From NCBI GenBank assembly GCA_031370645.1, contig JANMQV010000152.1, positions 97,020 to 161,019 of the forward strand: a stretch of 64,000 nt of DNA, read 5' to 3'. This document shows, piece by piece, positions 46,801 through 55,966 of the stretch (position 1 is the stretch's first letter; every line of letters starts with the position of its first letter). The notes beneath the pieces are model-generated. The model saw nothing but the letters and a program-made list of their open reading frames with translations, searched no databases and was not told the origin of the DNA. A program made the position numbers and the translations under genes. This DNA comes from Candidatus Eiseniibacteriota bacterium (GTDB lineage: Bacteria > Eisenbacteria > RBG-16-71-46 > SZUA-252).

Positions 46801-49800
46801 AACTTCGAAGACACCGGGCTCGACGGGATTGTGAACAAGAACGAGCCGGGCTACAACGCGACGACGAATCCCGATCCGAACCAGGACAACTACGACTACG
46901 ACGTTCGAAATAACGCGAACGACTTCTCGACGATCAACCGCTTCGAGCGAAACGGGCTCGGCGAGGCGAACGCGCGCCCCGATACCGAGGACTTGAACCG
47001 GAATACGATCCTGGACAGCAACAACAACTACTACGAGGCCTCCATCGATCTCGCGGACACCCAGTTCGTCGCGATCGACGTGCCCGTGCTCTACCCCAGC
47101 GCCTCGTACACGAATGTCAAGGCCGACAACGGATGGCGGCTCTTCCGGATTCCGATCAACGGCGACACCTTCCGCCCGGTCGGCTCTCCGTCGTGGCAGA
47201 ACATCCAGCACCTCCGCCTCTGGGTGAGCGGAATCGAGCGGCCAATCAAGATTCAGGTCGGCGGAGTCGAATTCGCCGGGAGCCGCTGGCTCGAGGCGGC
47301 GATCCTCGACCCCGACATGACCGCGCGCGACGTGGAGCTGGACGTCCGCTCCCGAAACAACAAGGACGACGCGGGCATCTACCAGCCACCCTACGAAGTC
47401 CAGAACCAGGTCGGCTCTTCCGCCGATCGCCGCGAGCAATCGCTGGCGCTCGGATATACGCGCATGGCCGAGGGCGACACGCTCCTCGCGTTCAAGACGC
47501 TTGGCGACCCCGGCACCGGTCTCGGTTGGGCGCAATACCGTCAGATCAAGTTCTACGTTCACGGAGAGCAGGGCGTGGAGACGCAGAACCTCCGAGCCGT
47601 CGCCCGATTCGGTCCCGACACACTGAACTATTACGAGTACAGCCTGCCGGTCCGAACCGACTGGCAGAAGATCACGATCCCGATGGAGACGCTCTCGCGC
47701 CTGAAGGAAGTCCGCTCCGATTCCCAGTACGTCTACGTCGACTCCCTCACGGGGGCGGCCAGCAGCGAGGTCTTCACGGTCGTCGGAAATCCGAGCTTCA
47801 CGCGCATCTCGCGGCTCAGTTTCGGGCTCGCGGTGAAGGGCTCGGCCATCGGGGCGCCGCCGGCGTCCGGCGAGGTTTGGATCGACGAACTCCGTCTGGC
47901 GGACGTCCGGAGAGAGACGGGGACGAGCAGCAATGTCTCGATCCAGGCCAACTTCGCCGACCTCTTGGCGCTGAACGTCAGCCTTCAGAAGCAGGACCAG
48001 AATTTCTTCCGCGTCGGACAGGGTGGGAACCAGGGGAGCGGGCTCGATCACACGGCGCTCGGATTCTCGACGACGCTCAATGTCGATCGCTTCCTGCCGG
48101 CGAGCAACATCACGCTTCCGGTCCGGCTCTCGGTTCAGCACGCGACGGACGTCCCGAAATTCCGCACCGGGTCGGACGTGACGTTGGACGCGGGCCAATC
48201 CGACATCGAGACGCGGCGGCTCGACCAGCAGACGCTCGACGTCTCCTATCGCCGGAGCAGCTCCATTCGCCGCGGGATCTCCAAATATACGATCGACGCC
48301 ATCAGCAGCACGATGAGCTATTCGCGCCGGGCCTCGATCAATCCGCAATCAGCCGAATCGTCGTGGGCGTTCAGTTCGAGTTTCGGCTACGACCTTCCGA
48401 TCGGTGGCGGCGGTTTCCGACTGGGAAAGAAGTTCAGGGTGGGCCTCCTACCTGAAGTGATCGGCTTCAACGTCGGCTGGAGGTCAGAACGCTCGCTCGT
48501 CTATTCGCGCGAAATCTTCCGCGACGACGACTCGGTGACGCTTCGCTCCGACGTGAAAGTGCGCCTTCTGTCGCTCGGCACGAACGTCTCCTACGTTCCC
48601 TTCTCCTCCGTCCGAGTGCAGTACACCCTCAATTCGACGCGCGACATGCTCGACCATCGCGAAGGACCGATGGGATTCAACAAGGGGAAGGAAGTCGAGA
48701 AGAACCAGACCGCCTCGGTGAACTGGACACCGCGGTGGCTCTCCTTTCTGCAGCCGAATGTGACGCTGAAGGGGCAATACAACGAGTCCGCCCGCCGCGA
48801 ACTCCGCCTCGCGCCGACCGATCCCCAGGACTTGAAGAGCATCCGGAACAATGGCGCCGCGAATCTGACGATGAGTCTTCCGATCTCCCGGCTGGGCGGC
48901 GGCGGGAGACACGCGCGCCCGGCGGCCGGGGGAGCGAAGAAGGGCGAATCGTTCTCGCCGCTCGCTCCATTCCGGGGCTTCTTCCGAAAGATGCAGGACA
49001 TCCAAACATCATTCACCTTCGACCGCGGCGCCACCCTGAGCCGCGTCGTCGGCGACGCGGGGGTCCCGTTCAAGTCGGGGTTCAGCGAGGTGACCGCCGA
49101 AGACTTGCGGAACATCTCGGGATCGAACGGGACTACGAATCGCCGATTCACGACGCGCGCCTCCACCGCGTTCCGTCCCAGCAGCTCGCTGACGATCGAC
49201 ATACGCGGCGACCACTCCCTTTCCTTCACCGACCAGTCGTTCGGCGAGCGGCGCACGCAACGGGTCCAGTGGCCCGATCTCCAGGGTCGATGGGTCGACG
49301 TGCATCGCCACCTTCATCTCGACCAGACGCTCACCAGTCTCACGGTCCGCTCCGGCTATTCGCACGTGGCCGACGAGGACGGCCCTCTCGACGCGGCGGT
49401 GGAACGGACGATCAAGACCGACACCTACGGCCCGATTCTCGGATGGGATTTCGTCTTCCGAAACGGCGTGCGCGCCAGCGTGGCGAGCTCGCTCACGCGC
49501 GCGGCCACGATCGACGCGCGCGTCTACGGCGTGACGCGGGACAAGAAGACGACGAACTCGGACGTCCGAGTCACGAAGACCTTTCCGGCCGCGAAGGGGA
49601 TTCATCTCCCCTTCAGCAAGAAGACCATCCGGCTGCCGAACGACCTCAACTTGAATCTGACCTGCAACCTGGCGGGGGATCGGCAGATCGTGAGCCGTTC
49701 CGGCGAGCGGAATTACACGGAGAGCGACACGAAAAGTTTGAAGGTTGGGACCGGAACGACCTACAATTTCAGCCGCGCCATCACGGGAGGGTTCAATTTC

Positions 49801-49884
49801 GAATACCGGCAGAACGACGACCGAAAGCTCGGAATCAAGCGGCGCGGAATCACGGTTGATCTCAACGCGGCCTTCACGTTCTAA
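43825..49884 (+). CDS. sprA: SprA/Sov-like giant outer-membrane beta-barrel (type IX secretion translocon)
   Basis: About 2020-2057 aa. Signal peptide if started at GTG 43825 (MRGERRTSIATGALLVAAALLAIAPHAAA-D). Blocks I recognise from SprA: AYIDDMEGN, DTEDLNRNTILDSNNNYYEASIDL, GWRLFRIPI, REQSLALGY, GEVWIDELRLADV. The C-terminus ...LNAAFTF is typical of OM barrels. Alternative starts at 43711 and 43723. Confidence 0.82.
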   Translation: MRGERRTSIATGALLVAAALLAIAPHAAADLRFDPLDPQAQAADPTAESMPPGFPKGWRLTVESPIPGTSAWQTQVALDPSTGTVRERYRAGNVEVREPLVAPTLDYNELLTERTERRLWRERTKSTRSVNKTVTRRGAGLVFKFPLVLPPAVRSIVGNGAPSIEVSGSERISILGTSDWLARGNLYQGISGERQRQGAFPAFEMKQELSVNMTGSIGDKIKVDVDQSSNVSTNLDNKVKLRYEGDEDDMIKTIDLGNTNLSLQGASLRQEGLFGIKTAAKMGNFDVTLIASKQDAKTETARFTPSGEKRAVKVTDIECIRRTYYFIADHPIDASAMNLIVYRADPSYNATSFPGDGRLDPTLPADSISTPGNPQQFGRWLPLTIGQDYDLIYPYVLTNTPGNVKIPVIRLRAQLGTSQMLGVSYYDLGRQVQVGLTDKVENLALGKPAGEYLLLKMLKPPEGEFTTTANDLFDRNAPWFPALAYELRNFYDLGGREIDRSSLSIKVRKIDNSLPTHPDEVGGVPLVRILGLDHQGKAGSDEPFQPDGLVDDQFIDTDTGIMFFPDLHPFAPDTSAAYRALCGPDAGGFLCLDNLKTNTLWADSNFVNLNVYYDRQPDPGKDERYFIDAEFKSSQQGFYLGRFGILENSEQVKVDGIPQRRVSDYRIDYDTGLLTFTKAPGPEQVITADFSYAPGFGQVQRSLVGFSGGYNPSSNFSLSSSLLREARGAQETNPKLGEEPATSMLGDFGAVMSFRPFWMTRLADQVPGITTDQQSALNVQGNFSVSLPNPNTKGEAYIDDMEGNRESNTIGLGRLSWFWSSVPVNRQKPRKAGLPPADSIANAALTPVSSLVTDHARLEWFNPRPDGPTAAQEWDIKPVLKQSEGGDNNHQVLELNVRAPDDTTLIDSADWTGITQSLSTVGQDFSRVRFVEVWVNDFTKDHDSTKAYLHLSLGRVSEDAFWSPSEAPNLKLDTEDKNFDGKLDLGSGEDDPNFEDTGLDGIVNKNEPGYNATTNPDPNQDNYDYDVRNNANDFSTINRFERNGLGEANARPDTEDLNRNTILDSNNNYYEASIDLADTQFVAIDVPVLYPSASYTNVKADNGWRLFRIPINGDTFRPVGSPSWQNIQHLRLWVSGIERPIKIQVGGVEFAGSRWLEAAILDPDMTARDVELDVRSRNNKDDAGIYQPPYEVQNQVGSSADRREQSLALGYTRMAEGDTLLAFKTLGDPGTGLGWAQYRQIKFYVHGEQGVETQNLRAVARFGPDTLNYYEYSLPVRTDWQKITIPMETLSRLKEVRSDSQYVYVDSLTGAASSEVFTVVGNPSFTRISRLSFGLAVKGSAIGAPPASGEVWIDELRLADVRRETGTSSNVSIQANFADLLALNVSLQKQDQNFFRVGQGGNQGSGLDHTALGFSTTLNVDRFLPASNITLPVRLSVQHATDVPKFRTGSDVTLDAGQSDIETRRLDQQTLDVSYRRSSSIRRGISKYTIDAISSTMSYSRRASINPQSAESSWAFSSSFGYDLPIGGGGFRLGKKFRVGLLPEVIGFNVGWRSERSLVYSREIFRDDDSVTLRSDVKVRLLSLGTNVSYVPFSSVRVQYTLNSTRDMLDHREGPMGFNKGKEVEKNQTASVNWTPRWLSFLQPNVTLKGQYNESARRELRLAPTDPQDLKSIRNNGAANLTMSLPISRLGGGGRHARPAAGGAKKGESFSPLAPFRGFFRKMQDIQTSFTFDRGATLSRVVGDAGVPFKSGFSEVTAEDLRNISGSNGTTNRRFTTRASTAFRPSSSLTIDIRGDHSLSFTDQSFGERRTQRVQWPDLQGRWVDVHRHLHLDQTLTSLTVRSGYSHVADEDGPLDAAVERTIKTDTYGPILGWDFVFRNGVRASVASSLTRAATIDARVYGVTRDKKTTNSDVRVTKTFPAAKGIHLPFSKKTIRLPNDLNLNLTCNLAGDRQIVSRSGERNYTESDTKSLKVGTGTTYNFSRAITGGFNFEYRQNDDRKLGIKRRGITVDLNAAFTF

Positions 49885-50791
49885 GCTCTCGGTAGCGCTC
49901 CTCATCCTCGCGCTCTTGCTCCCATCGTGCGGGCGCCCCAAGGCGGCCTCGTTCGACGGCCGGAAAGCCTACGGATGGGTGGAGCGCCAGCTCGCCTTCG
50001 GCCCCCGCGCCCCCGGTACCGCCGCGCATGACTCCTGCTTCCAATTCCTCGAAGCGACGATGCGCGGCTACGCCGACGCCGTGGAGGTCGACACCTTCAG
50101 CTACTACGTCCCTCGGCTCGCGAAGGAAGTCCGGCTCTACAATCTTCGCGCCCGCTTCGCGTCCGACGCCGAGCAGCGGATCGTCCTCGGCGCGCACTGG
50201 GACACGCGCCCCTGGGCCGACCAGGATCCCGTGGCGACGCGCCGGAACGAGCCGATTCTCGGCGCGAACGACGGCGGCTCCGGCGTGGCCGTCCTTCTCG
50301 AACTGGCCCGCATGCTCCACGAGCAAAAGCCGAAGGTCGGCGTCGACATCGTCTTCTTCGACGGCGAAGACCTCGGCACTCCGGAGGACCAGGCGGGGTG
50401 GTTCCGCGGCTCGAAGGAGTACGTGTCGCGCCGCCTTCGCGAGCCGAAGCCGCTCTTCGCCATCGTGGTCGACATGGTCGGGAAGCGCGACCTGGCGCTT
50501 CATTGGGAGGGGAACTCCTATGAACAGGCGGCGAATATCGTCGACCTGGTTTGGGGCGTGGCCCGGCAGTTGAACATCCGGTCGTTCCGCTCCGACGTCC
50601 GCCACCGCGTCTTCGACGACCACATGCCGTTCCTCGAAGCGGGCATTCCGGCCATTGTCCTCATCGATTTCGCGTTCCCCGAATGGCATACCCACCAGGA
50701 CACCCTCGGCGTCGTCGAACCCTCGAGCCTCGAGGGCGTCGGGCGGGTCCTCCAGTCCCTCGTATACGACCCGAGTTACCTCTCCGACTGA
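49856..50791 (+). CDS. lipoprotein glutaminyl-peptide cyclotransferase (M28-fold, animal-type QC)
   Basis: TTG 49856 gives (M)ISTRPSRSKLSVALLILALLLPS-C, a lipobox. GAHWDTRPWADQD, GANDGGSGVAVLLELARML, IVFFDGEDLG and DDHMPFLEAGIPAIVLIDFAFPEWHTHQD closely follow the QC pattern (FFDGEE..., DDHIPFL..G.P.LHLI...FP..WHT). Overlaps the sprA 3' end by 29 nt. Confidence 0.78.
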   Translation: MISTRPSRSKLSVALLILALLLPSCGRPKAASFDGRKAYGWVERQLAFGPRAPGTAAHDSCFQFLEATMRGYADAVEVDTFSYYVPRLAKEVRLYNLRARFASDAEQRIVLGAHWDTRPWADQDPVATRRNEPILGANDGGSGVAVLLELARMLHEQKPKVGVDIVFFDGEDLGTPEDQAGWFRGSKEYVSRRLREPKPLFAIVVDMVGKRDLALHWEGNSYEQAANIVDLVWGVARQLNIRSFRSDVRHRVFDDHMPFLEAGIPAIVLIDFAFPEWHTHQDTLGVVEPSSLEGVGRVLQSLVYDPSYLSD

Positions 50792-50838
50792 AGTTTTCCC
50801 TTGAACCCCCGGGTCCCGGCCGGTAGGTTCAGGGGTCC

Positions 50839-50867
50839 GAGCGGACATCTGTCCGCTCTTTCTTCTT
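50839..50867 (+). terminator. rho-independent terminator after the sprA-QC pair
   Basis: gagcggaca / tgtccgctc 9-bp inverted repeat directly followed by TTTCTTCTT. Confidence 0.75.
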
Positions 50868-50911
50868 GGGTCCCCCAAATGGGGCTCCGATAACACGGGA
50901 CTAAGTCTAAG

Positions 50912-51430
50912 ATGAGAAGCGAGTTACGGGAGGACCTGACCCGGCGCTTTGGGGCCCTTTTGGCTGAAGAGGCGTTCGACCTATGGGACCTGGAGGTCGC
51001 CTCTCAGTCGGGTCATATGGTGCTCCGGGTATTCGTCGACCGGCCCCCCGGCGTCGCCGCCGGCGTTACCGTCGGCGAATGCTCGTATTGGAGCAAGAAA
51101 CTTAGCCGGTATCTGGAGGCCGAGAACCTGCTGCGCGGAACCTTCGCGCTGGAGGTCGGGTCGCCGGGAATCGAACGAGCGCTGACGAGGCCGGATCATT
51201 ACGCCCGGTTCGTCGGGCACCAAGTGGAAGTACGCCTCCACGATCCGAAGGAGGGTCGGCGCAACTTCCGGGGGGAACTCCGGGCGGCGAGCGCCGACAC
51301 GATCATCGTCGAGGACGCGGAAGTGGGAACGGTCTCGCTCCCGCTCGCGCAGGTCAAGCGGTCGCACGTGATCGCGGACCCGTGGGAGGGATTGCGAGAG
51401 CCGAAACGCAAGCACGGCCAGACACCATAG
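50912..51430 (+). CDS. rimP: ribosome maturation factor RimP
   Basis: Position upstream of nusA. ...VFVDRP...GVTVGECS..S..LS..LE... and ALEVGSPGIERAL pattern. Confidence 0.88.
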   Translation: MRSELREDLTRRFGALLAEEAFDLWDLEVASQSGHMVLRVFVDRPPGVAAGVTVGECSYWSKKLSRYLEAENLLRGTFALEVGSPGIERALTRPDHYARFVGHQVEVRLHDPKEGRRNFRGELRAASADTIIVEDAEVGTVSLPLAQVKRSHVIADPWEGLREPKRKHGQTP

Positions 51431-51470
51431 ACTTCGCCAGCATCGATTCCATCGGAACGGGGTCCCATTC

Positions 51471-52913
51471 GTGGCACGAGAGCCGCAGCGAAATACGAAC
51501 TATGAGCTGATCGAGGCGATGGCCCAGATCGCGCGCGAAAAGAGCGTCGATAAGGCCACCGTCATCGACACGCTGGTCGCCGGACTCCTTTCGGCCGGCC
51601 GAAAGCGCTTCGGCCTGGACGCCAAGCTCGAAGTCTCGTTCGACGAAGCGAGCGGCCGCATCGTCATGAAGCTCACGCGGACGGTGGTCGAGGACGCCGA
51701 GGATGCGGGCCTCGAGATCGATCTCTCCGAGGCGCAGAGCGTCGACGAGAAGGCCGTCATCGGGCAGGAACTGACGTCCGAACTCACGCTCGAAGACCTC
51801 GGGCGAAACGCGATCTCGGCCGCGAAGCAGGTGCTGGTCCAGAAGGTGCGCGAGGCCGAGCGCGAGCGGATCTACGAGGATTATCACGACCGCGTCGGCG
51901 AAATGGTGCGCGGCACCGTGCAGCAAGTGGACCGCGGCAACATCTACGTGAAGCTGGAGCGCTCGGAGGCGATTCTACCGCCGCGCGAGCAGATCGCGCG
52001 CGACCGCTTTCACCAGGGCGACCACATCAAGGCCTACATCATCGCCGTGGACAAGGCGGCCCGCGGACCGCAGGTCGTCCTTTCGAGGACGCATCCGGAA
52101 TTTCTGCGCCGGCTCTTCGAGGCGGAAGTTCCCGAAGTATCGGAGAAGATCATCGAGATCAAGGGAATCGCCCGCGAACCGGGCTCCCGCGCGAAGATCT
52201 CGGTGGTTTCGAACGACGACAAGATCGATCCGGTCGGAGCGTGCGTCGGCATCAAGGGCTCGCGCGTGCAGGCGATCGTGCGGGAACTGGGCGGCGAGAA
52301 GATCGACATCGTTCCCTGGAGCGCCGACCCGGTCGTCTTCGTGACGCGGGCGCTTTCCCCGGCGAAGGTCATCGAGGCGCAGGTGATCGAGGCGGAGCAG
52401 AAGGTGCTCGTCACGGTGGCCGACGATCAGCTCTCGCTCGCCATCGGCAAGGGGGGCCAGAACGCCCGACTGGCCGCGCGGCTCACGGGCTGGAAGATCG
52501 ATCTCATTTCAAAGAGCGAACGCGAGCGCCAGCGCGACTTCGAGCGCCGCGCCCGCATCGATATCGAGGAACTGGAAGGCGCCGGCCCGAAGCTGGTGGA
52601 GAAGCTGATTCGCGAGGGGATCGAAACGGTGCAGGACCTTCTGAAGACACCGTTCGAACAGATCCTCGCCATCCAGGGAATCGGCGAGAAGACCGCGGAG
52701 AAGCTGCTCGAGGAGGCTCGGGCATTACAGGAAAGACGAAATCAGGAACTAGCGGAAGAGGCTGCACGTGCCGAGGCCGAAGCGGCCGCGGCCGGTGCGG
52801 ACGACGAAGCGGAAGCGGAAATCGCGGAAGTGGCGCCCGTCGTGGCCGGGGACGCGGAAGAAGCGACGGCGGCGGCGGCGACGGCGGACGAAGAGCGGAC
52901 GCCCGAAGCCTAG
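51471..52913 (+). CDS. nusA: transcription termination/antitermination factor NusA (acidic Ala/Glu-rich C-terminal tail)
   Basis: N-terminal ELIEAMAQIAREKSV, S1 and two KH domains (VGACVGIKGSRVQAIVRELGGEKIDIV, LAIGKGGQNARLAARLTGWKIDL), and one HhH module. GTG start. Confidence 0.93.
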   Translation: MAREPQRNTNYELIEAMAQIAREKSVDKATVIDTLVAGLLSAGRKRFGLDAKLEVSFDEASGRIVMKLTRTVVEDAEDAGLEIDLSEAQSVDEKAVIGQELTSELTLEDLGRNAISAAKQVLVQKVREAERERIYEDYHDRVGEMVRGTVQQVDRGNIYVKLERSEAILPPREQIARDRFHQGDHIKAYIIAVDKAARGPQVVLSRTHPEFLRRLFEAEVPEVSEKIIEIKGIAREPGSRAKISVVSNDDKIDPVGACVGIKGSRVQAIVRELGGEKIDIVPWSADPVVFVTRALSPAKVIEAQVIEAEQKVLVTVADDQLSLAIGKGGQNARLAARLTGWKIDLISKSERERQRDFERRARIDIEELEGAGPKLVEKLIREGIETVQDLLKTPFEQILAIQGIGEKTAEKLLEEARALQERRNQELAEEAARAEAEAAAAGADDEAEAEIAEVAPVVAGDAEEATAAAATADEERTPEA

Positions 52914-52934
52914 CCAGGGCTCCATCGGAGATTC

Positions 52935-55172
52935 ATGACGAGCGGAAAGAAACGAGTTTACGAAGCGGCGAAGGAGATGGGGATGTCGAGCGAAGCGCTC
53001 GTCACAATCCTCAAGTCCATGTCCGTGGAAGTGAAGAGCCACATGAGCTCGATCGGCGACGAGGTCCTCGGGCAGGTGCGGTCGAAGCTGGCGCGCGAGA
53101 AGGAAGCAGTCAAGGAAGAGGAGGCGCGCCGGAAAGAGAAGGCCGCGCAGGTCGCGCGCGTGGCCGCCGAAGCGCAGCGCCGTACCGCGCCTCCGCCTGC
53201 GGGCGGCGGGAGCAGTGGCGGTAGCAGCGGTGGCGGCGGCGGCGGGCTGAAGATCGGCGTCGGCGGAGGCGGACGTCCCGGCAAGAAGAAGAAGCGCGCC
53301 GTGGACGAGAAGCTCGTCGCCGCGGCCGTGCGCCGCACCGTGGCCGATATGGAGACGTCGAAGCGCCGCCATCACCGCCGGGATCGCGAGGACGACGCCG
53401 CTGTGGGGGTGGAGGAAGCGCCGCGCGTCATCCGGCTCGCCGAGTTCGCCTCCGTGGCTGAGCTGGCCGCCCGGATCGAAATGAAGCCGTCGGAAGTGAT
53501 CGCGGCCTGTCTTCGACTCGGAATCATGGCGAACATCAACCGCCGTCTCGATCGCGACTCGATCATGGCGGTGGCCGACGAATTCGGGTTCGCGGTCGAC
53601 TTCGTCTCCGTGCTGGGCGAAGAAATCGAGGTCGCATCGCCCGCCGAGGAGCAACTCGAGCCTCGCGCGCCCGTCGTGACCGTCATGGGCCACGTCGATC
53701 ACGGCAAGACTTCGCTCCTCGACTACATCCGTAAAGAGAACGTCATCGCCGGCGAGGCCGGCGGCATCACGCAGCACATCGGCGCGTACGAAGTGACGCT
53801 CCCCGACGGCCACAAAATCGCCTTCCTCGACACGCCGGGCCACGAGGCCTTCACGGCCATGCGCGCCCGCGGCGCCCAGGTGACCGACATCGTGGTCCTC
53901 GTCGTGGCGGCGGACGACCGCGTCATGCCGCAGACGGTTGAAGCGATCGACCACGCCCGCGCGGCGAACGTGCCGATCATCATCGCGATCAACAAAATCG
54001 ATCTCCCCGCGGCCAACGTGGAACAGGTCCGCCAGGAGCTTTCGCAGCACAACATCCTCACCGAAGAGTGGGGCGGAAAGACGATCGCCGTTCCGATCTC
54101 CGCCAAGAAGGGAACGAACATCGACAAGCTGCTGGAGATGATCCTCCTGCAGGCCGAGTTGATGGAACTTCAAGCCGACCCCCACAAGGCGGCGCGCGGC
54201 GTCATCGTCGAAGCGCGGCTCGACAAGGGGCGCGGCATCGTGGCGACCGTCCTCGTGCAGAAGGGGACGCTCCGCGTCGGGGACGCCTTCGTGGCGGGCT
54301 CGAAGAGCGGCAAGGTCCGCGCGCTTCAGAACGAGCGCGGTCAGAAGGTGGAAGAGGCGGGACCGTCGACGCCGGTGGAAGTGCTCGGTTGGGCCGAGCC
54401 GCCGCAGGCGGGCGACACCTTCGCGGTGGTCGAGGACGAGCGCGAGGCCCGCGAGCTGGCCGGCAAGCGCGCCATTCTCCTCCGCGAGCAGGAACTCCGC
54501 GTGCAGAAGCACGTGACGCTCACCGACCTCTTCACGCAGATGAAGGAAGGAAAGGTGAACGAGCTCCTCGTCGTCCTGAAGGGCGACGTGGACGGCTCGG
54601 TGGAGGCGCTCCAGGACACGCTGACGAAGCTCTCCACGGCCGAGATCAAACTGCGCGTCATCCATCGCGGCGTCGGCCAGATCACCGAGTCCGACGTGCT
54701 CCTCGCGGCCGCGTCGAACGCCGTCATCATCGGCTTCCATGTGAAGCCCGATCCGAAGGCGGTCGAACTGGCGGCGAAGGAGAAGGTGGACGTCCGCCTC
54801 TACGACATCATCTATCAGGCCGTGGAAAACGTGAAGGACGCCATGGCCGGGCTTCTGGCCCCCGAGATCGTCGAGACGGTGGTGGGACAGGCCGAGGTGC
54901 GGAAGATCTTCCGCCCGTCGAAGTCGGGCGTGGTGGCCGGCTGCATGGTCCTCTCCGGCACGATTCAGCGGAACGCCCGGGCGCGCCTCCTCCGTGGAGG
55001 GGCGGCGGTCTGGGAAGGAAAGATCGAGTCGCTCAAGCGCTTCAAGGACGACGCGAAGGAAGTGGCGAGCGGCTTCGAATGCGGCATCTCTCTCGAGAGC
55101 CGCGACGACATTCAGGAAAAGGATGTGATCGAGGCCTACGTCCTGGAGGAAGTCGCCCGCAAGTTGGAGTGA
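52935..55172 (+). CDS. infB: translation initiation factor IF-2
   Basis: G-domain [25 protein letters not shown]-terminal beta-barrels. Confidence 0.96.
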   Translation: MTSGKKRVYEAAKEMGMSSEALVTILKSMSVEVKSHMSSIGDEVLGQVRSKLAREKEAVKEEEARRKEKAAQVARVAAEAQRRTAPPPAGGGSSGGSSGGGGGGLKIGVGGGGRPGKKKKRAVDEKLVAAAVRRTVADMETSKRRHHRRDREDDAAVGVEEAPRVIRLAEFASVAELAARIEMKPSEVIAACLRLGIMANINRRLDRDSIMAVADEFGFAVDFVSVLGEEIEVASPAEEQLEPRAPVVTVMGHVDHGKTSLLDYIRKENVIAGEAGGITQHIGAYEVTLPDGHKIAFLDTPGHEAFTAMRARGAQVTDIVVLVVAADDRVMPQTVEAIDHARAANVPIIIAINKIDLPAANVEQVRQELSQHNILTEEWGGKTIAVPISAKKGTNIDKLLEMILLQAELMELQADPHKAARGVIVEARLDKGRGIVATVLVQKGTLRVGDAFVAGSKSGKVRALQNERGQKVEEAGPSTPVEVLGWAEPPQAGDTFAVVEDEREARELAGKRAILLREQELRVQKHVTLTDLFTQMKEGKVNELLVVLKGDVDGSVEALQDTLTKLSTAEIKLRVIHRGVGQITESDVLLAAASNAVIIGFHVKPDPKAVELAAKEKVDVRLYDIIYQAVENVKDAMAGLLAPEIVETVVGQAEVRKIFRPSKSGVVAGCMVLSGTIQRNARARLLRGGAAVWEGKIESLKRFKDDAKEVASGFECGISLESRDDIQEKDVIEAYVLEEVARKLE

Positions 55173-55173
55173 G

Positions 55174-55455
55174 ATGCTCATCGGCTCGCTGCGGCTCGAA
55201 ATCCACCTTCCCGCGGCCGACTCCCTCAAGGCGAAGCGCTCCGTCGTGAATCACGTGAAGGAGCGCGTCCGCCATCGGTTCAACGCGGCGATCGCGGAAG
55301 TGGGGCACCAGGACCTCTGGCAGCGGACCACGCTCGGAGTGGCCGTCGTCGGGGAAGAGGCGCCCGTCCTGGAGCGGGCGCTGCACGAGATTTTGGCGGT
55401 GATCGAGCGCGAAGATCGTCTCGCGGTGCTCGACTACGCCATCGAGATCGCCTGA
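55174..55455 (+). CDS. DUF503 (YlxP-like) protein
   Basis: LRLEIHLPAADSLKAKRSVV... pattern. Conserved position between infB and rbfA. Confidence 0.8.
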   Translation: MLIGSLRLEIHLPAADSLKAKRSVVNHVKERVRHRFNAAIAEVGHQDLWQRTTLGVAVVGEEAPVLERALHEILAVIEREDRLAVLDYAIEIA

Positions 55456-55492
55456 GCCGGCCGTACGCCGCCGCTCGCCGGAACGAAATCCC

Positions 55493-55966
55493 ATGAACCG
55501 ACCGACCGAAACTCCGAGAACGCGACGCGTCGCCGACCGGATCGTCCAAGTGCTCGCCGAGATCTTCGAGCGGCACACGGAGGATCCGAGGCTACGCATG
55601 ATCACCGTGACCGGCGCGCGCGTGGCGCGCGACCTGGGAACGGCGCGCGTCTGGATCACGGGAGGCTTCACGCCCGCCGACGAGCCGAAGGTGCTCTCGG
55701 CGCTGGCGCACGCCACGCCCCGGTTCCGCTCGATGCTGGCGCCGCAACTGGGCCTTCGCATCGTGCCGACCCTTCACTTCGTCATCGATCACTCCTCCGC
55801 CGCGGGAGCGCGCATCGAGGATCTCTTGCGCGAAATCCGCGACGAGCAGAGCGGGCGCGCCGCGGCCGGCGAAGCGGAGCCCGCGGGCCCGGAGACGGAC
55901 GCCGAACCGGATTCCGACTCCGAGCCGAAATCCCCTTCCGACCCCAACCCGACCAGCGAGGCATGA
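55493..55966 (+). CDS. rbfA: ribosome-binding factor A (with an acidic/Pro-rich tail)
   Basis: RVADRIVQVLAEIF, ITVTGARVARDLGTARVW, VPTLHFVID. Confidence 0.9.
   Translation: MNRPTETPRTRRVADRIVQVLAEIFERHTEDPRLRMITVTGARVARDLGTARVWITGGFTPADEPKVLSALAHATPRFRSMLAPQLGLRIVPTLHFVIDHSSAAGARIEDLLREIRDEQSGRAAAGEAEPAGPETDAEPDSDSEPKSPSDPNPTSEA

Noticed and set aside
51470-51484. TGGCACgagagCCGC with correct sigma54 spacing.
   Set aside because: It coincides with the GTG start codon and first codons of nusA, inside the rimP-nusA operon, and has no plausible downstream target. It is most likely chance.
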